Origin: Phycisphaeraceae bacterium
Lineage (GTDB): Bacteria; Planctomycetota; Phycisphaerae; Phycisphaerales; Phycisphaeraceae
Assembly (NCBI GenBank): GCA_963674705.1
Contig: OY771506.1
Coordinates: 2,496,001 to 2,560,000, forward strand
Length of the DNA stretch: 64,000 nt
Direction of reading: 5' to 3'
The position numbers and the translations under genes are program-made. Position 1 is the first letter of the stretch, and each line of letters begins with the position of its first letter. This document shows, piece by piece, positions 38,447-48,574 of the stretch. A model generated the notes under the pieces. The model ran no database searches. It worked only from the letters and a program-made list of their open reading frames with translations, and had not been told where the DNA came from.

Positions 38447-39697
38447 ATGCCATCAAAACACTTATATATCTCTATATCGTCGTCCGTCATCGCGGTCTGC
38501 GCGGTGGCCCTGGCCGTGGTGTTGTGGGTGACGATGCCCCAAGCCGGCGGCTCTACACCAGGTGCGGCCCCGGAGCAAACCGGCGGCGGGGCGCATGCGG
38601 GTTTTCCACCAGCAACGGTGCGCACAGGTGTAGCGCGTGTGGAGCATGTGCGCAAACGCGTGTCGGTGATCGGCCGGCTCCGCGAGCTGCGTCGGGCGAC
38701 CGTCGCGGCGGAGGTCGAGGGCAAGGTATTGAAAGTGCCTGTCGAAGAGGGCGACCGGGTCGTGGGCGGCAAGACCGTGCTGGCCGAGATCGACGGCGTG
38801 TGGGTGAAGCAAGATCTCAAGCGGGCCGATGCCAATGTTGCGGCCGCGCAGGCGACGCTCGATCAGTCCAAACTCGACCTGCAATACCTCGATGAGCTGA
38901 ACCGTCAACAATCCGCCAAGCCGAAGGAAGTGCAGGACATGCGGGCGCAGGTCGCGTCCGATGAAGCGAACCTCAGCGCCGCGATCGCCGAGCGTGATCG
39001 TGTTCAGCGTGAAGTGGAACGACTCGTCGTGCTCGCGCCGTTCGATGGCGCGGTGACTATGAAGGAAACCGAAGTCGGCCAATGGGTGCAGCCCGGTGAT
39101 GACATCGTGGAAGTGATCACGTTAGGCGATCTTGATGCGATCGCGGACGTGCCTGAGAAGATGATCGATCACATCAAGGTTGGTGACGTGGCAGTGGTGT
39201 TGGTCGATCCGTTAGGCATCAAGGTGCAAGGCAAGGTGGTGACGATCAACCCGAACGGGCGCAACTCGGCGCGGACGTTCCCGGTGATGATCAGGCTCGA
39301 CGATCAGGGCGGTCGGTTGAAGCCTGGCATGAGCGTGACGATCAGCCTGCCCGTCGGTGAGCCGGGCGACTTCCTGACGGTGCCCGAGGATGCGGTGTTG
39401 TATTCGCTTGAGGATGTAAGCGTGTGGGTTTCGACGCCGGCTGCGGAAGGTTCGCCGATGCCCAGCGCCGCGCAGGTGCCGGTCAAGGTGTTGTTCAACG
39501 AGCAGGGGCGCGTTGCGGTTGAACCGGTCAGTGCATCGGACAGCCAGGTGCTGGTTGACGGCGCGGTGGTTGTGACCGAAGGCGCTGAACGATTGATGCC
39601 GGGCCAACCCCTGATCGATGTCGATAAGCCGCAAGGCCCACCGGCGCAAGAATCAGCAGGAAGCGCTGATGCATCGCAAGCGGCCGAGGGCGCTTGA
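38447..39697 (+). CDS. RND efflux periplasmic adaptor (MFP)
   Basis: V.AEVEGKV, APFDG.V, VGQWV.PG, RTFPV, LKPGM. Confidence 0.92.
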   Translation: MPSKHLYISISSSVIAVCAVALAVVLWVTMPQAGGSTPGAAPEQTGGGAHAGFPPATVRTGVARVEHVRKRVSVIGRLRELRRATVAAEVEGKVLKVPVEEGDRVVGGKTVLAEIDGVWVKQDLKRADANVAAAQATLDQSKLDLQYLDELNRQQSAKPKEVQDMRAQVASDEANLSAAIAERDRVQREVERLVVLAPFDGAVTMKETEVGQWVQPGDDIVEVITLGDLDAIADVPEKMIDHIKVGDVAVVLVDPLGIKVQGKVVTINPNGRNSARTFPVMIRLDDQGGRLKPGMSVTISLPVGEPGDFLTVPEDAVLYSLEDVSVWVSTPAAEGSPMPSAAQVPVKVLFNEQGRVAVEPVSASDSQVLVDGAVVVTEGAERLMPGQPLIDVDKPQGPPAQESAGSADASQAAEGA

Positions 39698-39825
39698 TAC
39701 ACCGAGCGATTCCGAGAATTCAAGACAACCGATGCGCGTGTTTACGCGTTAATTCACAGGGTTCTGATGCGTTTTCCTTACGCCAAGCCCTGAATCCCGA
39801 ACCCTGAACCCAAGACCCATAGCTT

Positions 39826-42800
39826 ATGGACATCATCCGATTCGCAATCAGTAATCCGGTGAAGGTATCGGTCAGCGTGCTGCTGCTGATCCTGTTCGGT
39901 TTGCTGTCTTTGTTGTCGATCCCGATCCAGTTGACGCCGAACGTCGACCAGCCGCTATTAACCATCGATACGAGTTGGGTCGGCCGCAGTCCCGACGAGG
40001 TTGAGAGCGAGATCATTCAGGAGCAGGAAGACAAGCTCAAGAGCGTATCGAACCTGCGGAAGATGACGGCGACGGCGAGCACGGGTAACGCGTCGATCGA
40101 GCTGGAGTTCTACGTCGGCACGGACATGAACCGCGCCCGCCAGGAAGTGTCGGACAAGCTGCGTGAGGTGCCGGAGTATCCGGACGATGTGGATGAGCCT
40201 GTGATCGCCAGCGGCGATACGGGGCCGGACCGTGCGATCGCCTGGTTGATCCTAACCAGCAGCGACCCGAACTTCAATGTTCAGGGCATTGGCGAGATGG
40301 TCGAAGACCGCGTGAAGCCTTACCTGGAAACGATCGAAGGCGTGACGCAGGTCAACGTGTACGGCGGATTGAACCGCGAGGTACACATCCAGATCGATCC
40401 GCGCGAGCTGGCGCAGCGCGGCATCACGTTTAACACGTTGCGTAACGCGATCCAGGGCGAGAACGTGAACGTCTCGGCCGGCGATCTTGAAGAGGGCCGG
40501 CTGGATGTGCGTGTGCGGACGGTGGGTCAGTACGACAACACGCAAGACGTATTAGAAACCGTCGTGATGGATACGGACGCAGGTCCGGTGCGCGTCAAGG
40601 ACCTGGGTGACGTGGAAGAAACGCTGGAGAAGCGGCGTTCTTTCGTGCGTTCCAAGGGTTCGGACGCGTTGGCGATCCCCGTATTCCGTGAATCCGGCGC
40701 GAACGTGATGACTGTTATGGCGGAACTGCACACCCGGCTCGATGTGGTGAACGAGCAGATCCTGCCGACGATCGCGCCTAATTTGACGATCGAACAAGTC
40801 TACGACGAGACGTCTTATATCGAGCAGGCCATTCATCTTGTGCAGAACAATCTCTGGCTCGGTGGTTCGCTGGCGGGCCTGGTGTTGTTATTCTTCCTGC
40901 GGACGATCCGGCCGACGATCATCGTGGCGCTTGCTATCCCGATCTCGATCATCGGCACGTTCGTGGTGATGACGGCGGCGGGTCGTAACCTGAACGTGAT
41001 CAGCCTCGCGGGGCTTGCGTTCAGCGTGGGTATGGTGCTGGACGCGGCGATCGTGGTGCTCGAGAATATCGACCGCCACCTGTCGATGGGTAAGCCGGTG
41101 CGTCATGCGGCGTACGATGCGGCGAAGGAAGTGTGGGGCGCGATCCTGGCGTCGACGTTGACGACGGTTGCGGTGTTCGTACCCGTCATCTTCCTGGAAG
41201 AAGAAGCGGGGCAGTTGTTCCGCGACATCGCGATCGCGATCTGCGCGGCGGTGCTGTTGTCACTGGTTGTGTCGGTTACGGTGATCCCGACGGCGGCGGC
41301 GCGCTTCCTTAAACCTCACGACCTGGAAGCGGACAAGAAGTCGTTCAAGTCACGGGCGAAGAACCTGTTCGGCCTGGGCTCGATTTTTGGTTTGATCCCA
41401 CGGGCTTATTCGGGTTTGATCCACGCGATCACGGTGCCGAATGTGTTCGGTGTCTCGGCGCGTTTAGGGATCGTGCTATTGATGACGGGTGTGTCGTTGT
41501 TGGGCGCGTGGTTGTTGATGCCGCCGACCAGTTACCTGCCGAACGGCAACAAGAACCTGGTGTTCGGCATGTTGCTCAAGCCGCCGGGGTACAACATCCA
41601 TCACGTCAGCGAGATGGGCGATCAGATGGAAACCAAGCTGAAGCCTTATTGGGAAGCCAAATCGTATGACGATCTGAAAGACCTGCCGCCCGCGATTCAT
41701 CCGTTTACGCAGCAACCGATCGCTCATGTGCCTCCGGTGGCGAACTTCTTCTTCGTATCGTTCCGGGGCATGGCGTTCTACGGTGCGATGAGCGGTGACG
41801 ATCAGAACGTCGCGCCTGTGGCGGGCTTGCTGATGTCTGCGGCGTCGGGGATGCCGGCAACATTCGGCGTGGCGGCACAACAGGGTTTGTTCGGTCGGGA
41901 CCTGCTCGGTGGTAATACGATCGATGTGGAAGTCACCGGTCAGGATATGGATTCGATCCGTGAAGATGCGGGTGTGTTGTACGGCACGTTCATGGGGATG
42001 TACGGCCAGAACAGCGTGAATCCCGAGCCGATGAACTTCAACCTGCCCAGCCGAGAGGCGCAGGTCAAAGTCGACTATGTCAAAGCAAGCGCGCTGGGTA
42101 TCCAGGCGGGTTCACTTGGTGCGGCGGTGCGCGGCCTGGTTGATGGGTTAACCATCGGCGATTACCGGATGGGTAGCGAGAACGTCGACCTATTGCTGGT
42201 GCGTCATCCTGACCTGCCGTTGGAGACCGAGACGCTGTCGATGATCCCGGTTGCGTACCAGGACAAGGACGGCAACACGGGTGTCGTGCCGTTGTCGCAC
42301 GTGGCGGAAGTGATCCAGACGACATCGCCTCAGGAGATACGCCGGATCGATTATCAACGGGCGGTGACGCTGAACGTGGCGGCGCCGGTAGGGATGCCGC
42401 TTGAGCAATTGACCACGGATGTACAGACCACGATCGACCAACTGCGCGATGGTGGGCAATTGTCGGATAAGACCGAGATCCTTATCTCGGGTACTGCTGA
42501 CAAGTTAACGCAAGTTCGTCACGCATTACTTGGCGAATGGCACGGATTCTCGCTGGCGAGTGCCGAGAGCCTGATCTCCAGCCGGATGTTCCTGGCGCTA
42601 TTGGTGACGTTCCTGCTGATGGCAGCTCTGTTTGAGAGTTACCTGTACCCGTTCGTGATCATGTTCAGCGTGCCGTTGGCGACAGTGGGCGGATTCCTCG
42701 GGCTGGCGGTGATGCGGTTCTTCGATCAGAACCAGCAACTGGATACGCTGACGATGCTTGGGTTCGTGATCCTGATCGGCATCGTGGTGAACAACGCGAT

Positions 42801-43155
42801 CCTGTTGGTGCACCAGGCGCTGAACTTCATGCGAGGCGTGGGCGAGGGCGAAGATGATCAGGTCGAAGCGATGTCGCCGCGTGAAGCGATCAGCGAATCG
42901 GTCCGTACGCGTATCCGGCCGATCTTCATGACCACATTGACGAGCGTGTTCGGCATGGCGCCGCTGGTGCTGATGCCCGGTTCAGGCAGTGAACTTTATC
43001 GCGGACTGGGCAGCGTGGTGATCGGCGGGCTGATCGTGTCTACGGTATTCACACTGGTGGTCGTACCGTTGCTGTTCAGCCTGGTGATGGACATGCGAAT
43101 CGCGTTCTTCAAGATGCGGGGCAAGGTGGCACCGGAGCTGCGCGAGGCGGAGTAA
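39826..43155 (+). CDS. RND efflux permease (AcrB/AcrD/AcrF family)
   Basis: GMVLDAAIVVLENI, ASTLTT..VF.P, GIVVNNAIL, R.RPIFMTT. Confidence 0.95.
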   Translation: MDIIRFAISNPVKVSVSVLLLILFGLLSLLSIPIQLTPNVDQPLLTIDTSWVGRSPDEVESEIIQEQEDKLKSVSNLRKMTATASTGNASIELEFYVGTDMNRARQEVSDKLREVPEYPDDVDEPVIASGDTGPDRAIAWLILTSSDPNFNVQGIGEMVEDRVKPYLETIEGVTQVNVYGGLNREVHIQIDPRELAQRGITFNTLRNAIQGENVNVSAGDLEEGRLDVRVRTVGQYDNTQDVLETVVMDTDAGPVRVKDLGDVEETLEKRRSFVRSKGSDALAIPVFRESGANVMTVMAELHTRLDVVNEQILPTIAPNLTIEQVYDETSYIEQAIHLVQNNLWLGGSLAGLVLLFFLRTIRPTIIVALAIPISIIGTFVVMTAAGRNLNVISLAGLAFSVGMVLDAAIVVLENIDRHLSMGKPVRHAAYDAAKEVWGAILASTLTTVAVFVPVIFLEEEAGQLFRDIAIAICAAVLLSLVVSVTVIPTAAARFLKPHDLEADKKSFKSRAKNLFGLGSIFGLIPRAYSGLIHAITVPNVFGVSARLGIVLLMTGVSLLGAWLLMPPTSYLPNGNKNLVFGMLLKPPGYNIHHVSEMGDQMETKLKPYWEAKSYDDLKDLPPAIHPFTQQPIAHVPPVANFFFVSFRGMAFYGAMSGDDQNVAPVAGLLMSAASGMPATFGVAAQQGLFGRDLLGGNTIDVEVTGQDMDSIREDAGVLYGTFMGMYGQNSVNPEPMNFNLPSREAQVKVDYVKASALGIQAGSLGAAVRGLVDGLTIGDYRMGSENVDLLLVRHPDLPLETETLSMIPVAYQDKDGNTGVVPLSHVAEVIQTTSPQEIRRIDYQRAVTLNVAAPVGMPLEQLTTDVQTTIDQLRDGGQLSDKTEILISGTADKLTQVRHALLGEWHGFSLASAESLISSRMFLALLVTFLLMAALFESYLYPFVIMFSVPLATVGGFLGLAVMRFFDQNQQLDTLTMLGFVILIGIVVNNAILLVHQALNFMRGVGEGEDDQVEAMSPREAISESVRTRIRPIFMTTLTSVFGMAPLVLMPGSGSELYRGLGSVVIGGLIVSTVFTLVVVPLLFSLVMDMRIAFFKMRGKVAPELREAE

Positions 43156-43193
43156 TGATCGCAGTTTCGGGAAGCCTGTTTTCGGGCCAGGAT

Positions 43194-43401
43194 TTAGCCA
43201 CGGATGAACACGGATGGTTGAGAATGACGAATGCACGAATGACGAATGTCGAAAGAATGTTCAAATGACGGATGTTCAATAATTCACACCGGTACATTCG
43301 TCATTTGGGCTTCGACATTCTTTCGACATTCGTGCATTCTTAATTCGTGCATTTGCAGTCATCCTGACCTTACCCTTGCCCTCTGGCGCGGGGAGAGGGG
43401 A
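43194..43401. repeat. Composite repeat copy 1 (gccac-gatga half-arm + (gaatgac)n inverted repeat + REP)
   Basis: ttagccacggatga; gaatgacgaatgcacgaatgacgaatgtcgaaagaatg..cattctttcgacattcgtgcatt; acccttgccctctggcgcggggagaggga. Confidence 0.85.
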
Positions 43402-43701
43402 TGGCGTGAATGACTGATTCGCCTATCTGGGTAAGTTGCGGGGATGCGAAGTATTTTTGAGATTGACTTTCACCTGTAAAAACAGGTTAAGCCTACTTAC
43501 ATTACATGCGGCCTGTGACGAATGAAACACAGGGGGATTATCGAACCTGTTTTTGCCACTGTTAGAGGCCTATGTTTTTGAATCTGACTTAGGGATTACG
43601 CCGATACTTTGGTTGGCCCGGAGTGATGGGATGTATTGAACTGTCCATCGGGCGTGCGTGCGGCGAGGTGGTAAGCGTAGAACTTTTTACCGAGATTGAA
43701 T

Positions 43702-44136
43702 ATGACGACAGAAAACGCATCCATGTCCTCGGCCGTCGTCCTCGAGTCTGAGAAGAAGGTGTTCTCGCTGGAGCACGCGAACCGTGCGTTGCCGTATATC
43801 TCTCGCATTGTTGATGATATCACGAGCGTGTATGCACGGATCATCGAGTTGCGTCGCAGCGCGGATAGGCCCGGCGGGGCGGATATCGAGACCGAGCGAG
43901 CGTATGAAAAGACGATGGACCGGCTCGGTGAGTTGGTGGATGAATTGCACGCGGTGGGCGTGGAATTGAAGGATTTTGAGCTGGGATTGGTAGATTTTCC
44001 CGCGATCCACCAGGGCCGGGATGTGCTCTTGTGCTGGAAACGCGGCGAGAAGACGATCGCCCACTGGCACGAAGTCGATGCGGGGTTATCCGGACGTCAG
44101 TCCGTGAACCTCTTGCGGGAGCCTCGCGCCGCATAA
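43702..44136 (+). CDS. DUF2203 family protein
   Basis: FSLE.ANR.LP; GVELKD..GLVDFP..VLLCWKRGE..I.HWHE.DAG..GR. Confidence 0.9.
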   Translation: MTTENASMSSAVVLESEKKVFSLEHANRALPYISRIVDDITSVYARIIELRRSADRPGGADIETERAYEKTMDRLGELVDELHAVGVELKDFELGLVDFPAIHQGRDVLLCWKRGEKTIAHWHEVDAGLSGRQSVNLLREPRAA

Positions 44137-44165
44137 AGCGAATACTGTTTGGAGCTTAGCGGTTG

Positions 44166-44191
44166 GGGATGCCTTTGGGCATCCCTTTTTT
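44166..44191 (+). terminator. Rho-independent terminator
   Basis: gggatgcc-tttg-ggcatccc plus T-run. Confidence 0.8.
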
Positions 44192-44204
44192 ATTTGCGCG
44201 ATAT

Positions 44205-44402
44205 TTGCCACAGATGAGGGTAGAAGTACGAATGCACGAATGACGAATGTTGAAAGAATGACAAAGCATAAATGACGAATAGTTTGGTGTGAACCATTGG
44301 GCATTCGTCATTTGTACATTCATTCGTCATTCGTGAATTCGTCATTCGTGCATTTACAGACATCCGGCCCTCACCCCGGCCCTCTCCCGGGGGGAGAGGG
44401 AG
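44205..44402. repeat. Composite repeat copy 2
   Basis: ttgccacagatga; acgaatgcacgaatgacgaatgttgaaagaatg..attcgtcattcgtgcattt; ccctcaccccggccctctcccggggggagaggga. Confidence 0.85.
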
Positions 44403-45144
44403 TTTCGTTAATGTGTTTTGCATTTCGGTTAACCCATGCGAGGGTGAGGATGGTTCCGATAATTTTGGAACCGGCTTTGGCGCTGCCGATGAGTGAGCCG
44501 GAGATCTTGCTTTTGCCTGAACGTCGTTTGCGATAAGGGACATCTATCTCAACGACGTTCATGTTCAGTCGGGCGGTTTTGAATTGCATTTCCACGGTCC
44601 ATCCCCAGGTGCGGTCCTGCATGTTGAGTTGTTGAAGCGATTGATAGTTGATGATGCGCATCGGGCCGAGATCGCGAAAGCGTTTTTTCGTGGTGAGGGT
44701 GATGAGTTTGCAGGCTAACCAGTTGCCGAAGCGTTGGTGTGGATCGAGTGCGCCGGGGTCGGCCAGTCGGGCGCGGGTTCCGATAACCAGGTCGGCGCGG
44801 TGTTCGAGGACGGGCTGGCAGAGCTTTGGCAGTTGTGATGGATCATCGGAAAGGTCGGCGTCGAGGAAGGCGACGGCTGCAGGGGCGTTTGCCGAGCCTT
44901 GGTCGGCGATCCATTTGAGTGCGGCGAGGCAGGCGGCGCCGTAGCCGGGTTGGGATTCGTGGACGATGATTGCGCCGCGGTCACGGGCGAGGTCGGCGGT
45001 TTGGTCGGATGAGCCGTTGTCGGCGAGGATGATGTGGCGGAAGAAGTTGACGGGGATCGCGTCGAACAGGGCGGGGATGTTGGATTGCTCGTTCCGAGCG
45101 GGGATGATGAGGTCGATGCTGGGAGGTGGCGATCCGCTGGGCAT
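44371..45144 (-). CDS. Glycosyltransferase family 2
   Basis: IIPARNE, DNGSSD.T, GYGAAC, FLDAD.SD, DLGP.R, WGWTVEMQ. Confidence 0.92.
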   Translation of the reverse strand: MPSGSPPPSIDLIIPARNEQSNIPALFDAIPVNFFRHIILADNGSSDQTADLARDRGAIIVHESQPGYGAACLAALKWIADQGSANAPAAVAFLDADLSDDPSQLPKLCQPVLEHRADLVIGTRARLADPGALDPHQRFGNWLACKLITLTTKKRFRDLGPMRIINYQSLQQLNMQDRTWGWTVEMQFKTARLNMNVVEIDVPYRKRRSGKSKISGSLIGSAKAGSKIIGTILTLAWVNRNAKHINETPSPPGRGPG

Positions 45145-45212
45145 GTCGGGTGTTTGGGGGCTGTGGGGCTGGGTCGGCCGCAAGTTAGTTTGCGGTTGCT
45201 ACCATATCTACC

Positions 45213-46133
45213 ATGCACATACAGGACATATTCCAGGCAAGTACGCCGACATTTTCGTTCGAGTTTTTCCCGCCGAAGTCCCAGGAGGCTTCGCAGAAGC
45301 TATATAACAGCATCCGCGAGCTGGAGGCGCTGAAGCCATCATTCGTGTCGGTGACGTACGGGGCGGGTGGCTCGACGCGTGACCTGACGCGCGAGCTGGT
45401 CATCCGAGCCCGGCAGGAACTGAATGTGACGACGGTGCCGCACCTGACTTGCGTGAGCCATAACCAGGCGGATATCCGCGGGATATTGGAGCAATATGCG
45501 TATCACGGGATCAGCAATATCCTGGCGCTGGGGGGTGATCCGCCGGCGGGCAAGAACGGGTACAACAAGGCGGACGATGCGTTCCAGCATGCGGCGGACC
45601 TGGTGCGGTTTATTAAGGCGTTTAATGAGGAGGGGTTGCACCCGGACAAGCGGGGTTTTGGCATCGGTGTGGCGGGCTTCCCGGAGGGGCACCCCGCGAC
45701 GCCGAACCGGCTGCTCGAGATGGAGTATCTGAAGGCCAAGGTCGACGCCGGGGCGGACTACATCTGCACGCAACTGTTTTTCGATAACCACGACTTCTAC
45801 GACTTTAGAGATCGCTGCAAGCTGGCGGGGATCAGCGTGCCGATCATTGCGGGCATCATGCCGATCACCAGCGCCAAGGGTATGAAGCGTATGGCAGAAC
45901 TCGCGGCCGGTTCACGTTACCCGGCTCCACTGATGAAGTCGATCCATCGAGCGGGCGACGACCCTGAAGCGATCAAGCGCGTCGGCATCCACTGGGCAAC
46001 CGAGCAGTGCCGTGACCTGCTGGACCACGATGTAGCGGGCATCCACTTCTACACGCTCAACCAGTCAGACGCGACGCGGCAGATCTTTTTGAACCTTGGG
46101 GCGCGTGACAGTTCATCGCTGCGTGATACGTAA
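45213..46133 (+). CDS. metF: Methylenetetrahydrofolate reductase
   Basis: SFEFFPPK, SVTYGAGG, HLTC, LAL.GD, PEGHP, TQLFFD, HFYTLN. Confidence 0.96.
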   Translation: MHIQDIFQASTPTFSFEFFPPKSQEASQKLYNSIRELEALKPSFVSVTYGAGGSTRDLTRELVIRARQELNVTTVPHLTCVSHNQADIRGILEQYAYHGISNILALGGDPPAGKNGYNKADDAFQHAADLVRFIKAFNEEGLHPDKRGFGIGVAGFPEGHPATPNRLLEMEYLKAKVDAGADYICTQLFFDNHDFYDFRDRCKLAGISVPIIAGIMPITSAKGMKRMAELAAGSRYPAPLMKSIHRAGDDPEAIKRVGIHWATEQCRDLLDHDVAGIHFYTLNQSDATRQIFLNLGARDSSSLRDT

Positions 46134-46219
46134 GCGTTATACAGCAATAAAAATAAACTATTTACGGTCTTGGGACCGTGCGGTATTATGCCCACATGAG
46201 GCGGCAAATATACGACGTG

Positions 46220-47800
46220 ATGAAGTGGGCACATGTGCAATCCGCATTGATCGCAGCGCTGTTCTTGCTGGTTGGTGTGTCAGCGGTGCAGGCGGAAGAG
46301 TCCATAGTGCACATGCCGGGCACACAACCTTCGGAGAACGGGATCGAGATCGCGAAGGTTGCACAGTGCATGATGTGTCACAGCCAGACGCCTAACGGTG
46401 AGTCTGATCCATATCAGTCCTGGCAGGGCGGGATGATGGCGCAGGCGGCGCGCGACCCGGTCTTCCATGCGGCAATGACGATTGCGAACCAGGATGTGAA
46501 AGGTGTCGGCGAGTATTGCCTGCGCTGTCACAGTACGCGCGGTTGGCTCGAAGGACGATCGGTCCCGGCGGACGGTTCTGCGCTGAATGTCGAAGACAAG
46601 CAGGGCGTCAGTTGTGATGTGTGCCACCGCCTGGTTGATCCGTTGTCTGACGAAGCGAAGCTGTTCGCCAAAGAGATCCCGCCGGGGTACGGCAACGCGA
46701 TGGTCGTGGCGGACCCGGGCAATATCGTGCGTGGGCCATATGGCGACAGCAAGGGCGCGATGCCGCATAAGCCGATCAAGTCTGAGTTCCATGCGTCAAG
46801 CGAACTGTGTGCGAACTGTCACAACGTATCGAATCCGTTGCAGGCCGAGGATGTCAACACGCAGCCGCCCTATGCCTATGGCGTGATCGAGCGGACGTAC
46901 AGCGAATGGCGACTCAGCGATTTTGCCAAGCGCGGCGCGGAGGGCACCTGCCAGTCGTGTCATTATCCTCAAGCGGAAGGCGGCGGGCAGGCGTCACGGT
47001 TTACGCCCACCCATCGGGATTACTTCCCGCAGCACGGCCCGGTCGGTGGTTCGACATGGGTGCAGGACGCGGTCGTCGAATTGGCGGGGCGACGTGAAGT
47101 GGATGCGAACGCGCTTGCGATCGGCAAACGGCGTACTGTCGAGTTCTTGAAGACCGCGGCGAAGCTCGACCTGACAATCAACGCGCCCGACAAGGCGACG
47201 CTGCGCATCACGAATCTGACCGGGCACAAACTGCCTACCGGCTATCCGGAAGGTAGACGTATGTGGATCCACGCGACTTTCATCGATGCCGATGGCAAGG
47301 TCTTGAAGGAAGTCGGGCGGTATGGTGATAAACAGGACACGCTCAAAGGCGAAGCCGTCACGGTCCCGACACTGCTTGATGAGCAGGCCACGCGCGTGTA
47401 CGAATGCCTGCCCGCGATCAGCGCTGAACAAGCGAAGAAGTTCGGGAAAGCGCCCGGCAAGTCGTTCCACTTCGTGCTCAACGATACGATCGCGAAAGAT
47501 AACCGTATCCCGCCGGAGGGTTTCAGTAATGAAGCTTTCGCCGAACACCTATGCCAGCCCGTCGACGCGACCTACGCGGACGGCCAGTACTGGGACGATG
47601 TCGAATTCGCACTCCCCGCAGGCACAGCCAGCGTGAAGGCACAACTGATGTATCAATCGGTGTCATGGGAATACCTCAAATTCCTCGTCGAAACCAACAC
47701 GACAGATGACACGGGCCAGCGGCTGTACGATGTGTGGACCAAGACGGGCTACTGTGAACCGACGGTGATGGCTGAGGTTGTGGCTAAGGTGGGCGGTTGA
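46220..47800 (+). CDS. Secreted multiheme (5x CxxCH) c-type cytochrome
   Basis: Signal peptide; CMMCH, CLRCH, CDVCH, CANCH, CQSCH; GHKLPTGYPEGR. Confidence 0.88.
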   Translation: MKWAHVQSALIAALFLLVGVSAVQAEESIVHMPGTQPSENGIEIAKVAQCMMCHSQTPNGESDPYQSWQGGMMAQAARDPVFHAAMTIANQDVKGVGEYCLRCHSTRGWLEGRSVPADGSALNVEDKQGVSCDVCHRLVDPLSDEAKLFAKEIPPGYGNAMVVADPGNIVRGPYGDSKGAMPHKPIKSEFHASSELCANCHNVSNPLQAEDVNTQPPYAYGVIERTYSEWRLSDFAKRGAEGTCQSCHYPQAEGGGQASRFTPTHRDYFPQHGPVGGSTWVQDAVVELAGRREVDANALAIGKRRTVEFLKTAAKLDLTINAPDKATLRITNLTGHKLPTGYPEGRRMWIHATFIDADGKVLKEVGRYGDKQDTLKGEAVTVPTLLDEQATRVYECLPAISAEQAKKFGKAPGKSFHFVLNDTIAKDNRIPPEGFSNEAFAEHLCQPVDATYADGQYWDDVEFALPAGTASVKAQLMYQSVSWEYLKFLVETNTTDDTGQRLYDVWTKTGYCEPTVMAEVVAKVGG

Positions 47801-48044
47801 AACAACATGCTAGCACATCCTGAAGTGATGGATCAATGGATTGTTCGCTATCAATAACTTTCGGCTCTATCTAACGTGCCGATACGCATTTTCCATACTG
47901 ATCCAATCAGACGCGGTCCGTAGATTTGTATTTTTATCTTTGGGGTCAGAAATAGCGCTTCAATACAGGATATGGAAGTGTTATACTGATTTTATTCCGG
48001 TGGCACGAAAACTGATGCAGGAATGCCATGATCGCGGGTGTGTT

Positions 48045-48425
48045 ATGTCATGCGACGATCTATCATTGAATCCCGGCGACGGGTTGTTCAAGACTGTTGT
48101 GGCGGTGAGTTTGGTTATCACGGCGCTGCTGGCGTGCACATCAGGGATCTTGTGCCAGGTTGTTCCTCACATAATCGAGCCCTTTAATATCGAGTATGCG
48201 AGGCCGGATGACATGATCGCGCATGCAGGCCTGGCTACTATCGCGGCAATTTTCCTGGCGGTGTTTATCTTAAACTGCCTGCTTATGTTCGTGCCGAACC
48301 GGCGGCTTGCGGCCGTCGGGAGCCTGCTTGTCTTTTTGCCGGCGGCGTGGTTTCTTGGTTCGGTCACGCTGATGCTGCTGGGAGTCTTCGTTCGCCTCGC
48401 AGCGCCTTGGGGCCCGGTCATGTAA
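48045..48425 (+). CDS. Hypothetical membrane protein
   Basis: Three hydrophobic segments; start uncertain. Confidence 0.5.
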   Translation: MSCDDLSLNPGDGLFKTVVAVSLVITALLACTSGILCQVVPHIIEPFNIEYARPDDMIAHAGLATIAAIFLAVFILNCLLMFVPNRRLAAVGSLLVFLPAAWFLGSVTLMLLGVFVRLAAPWGPVM

Positions 48426-48574
48426 TGTGTGTGGTCGTGAACATGCGGATACACTTCTTTGGTTAAGGTGTTATGCTTAAGGCCTGAATATTTCATGTCC
48501 GATCGGCTATCCTTAGTCGGACTTGCTGACTATTATGAGTTCTCAACTTGCTGGGCTTTCATTGGAGACTCAAG

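Noticed and set aside
38447..43155. RND pump without an outer-membrane factor gene
   Set aside because: Common arrangement; the TolC-like partner is usually encoded elsewhere
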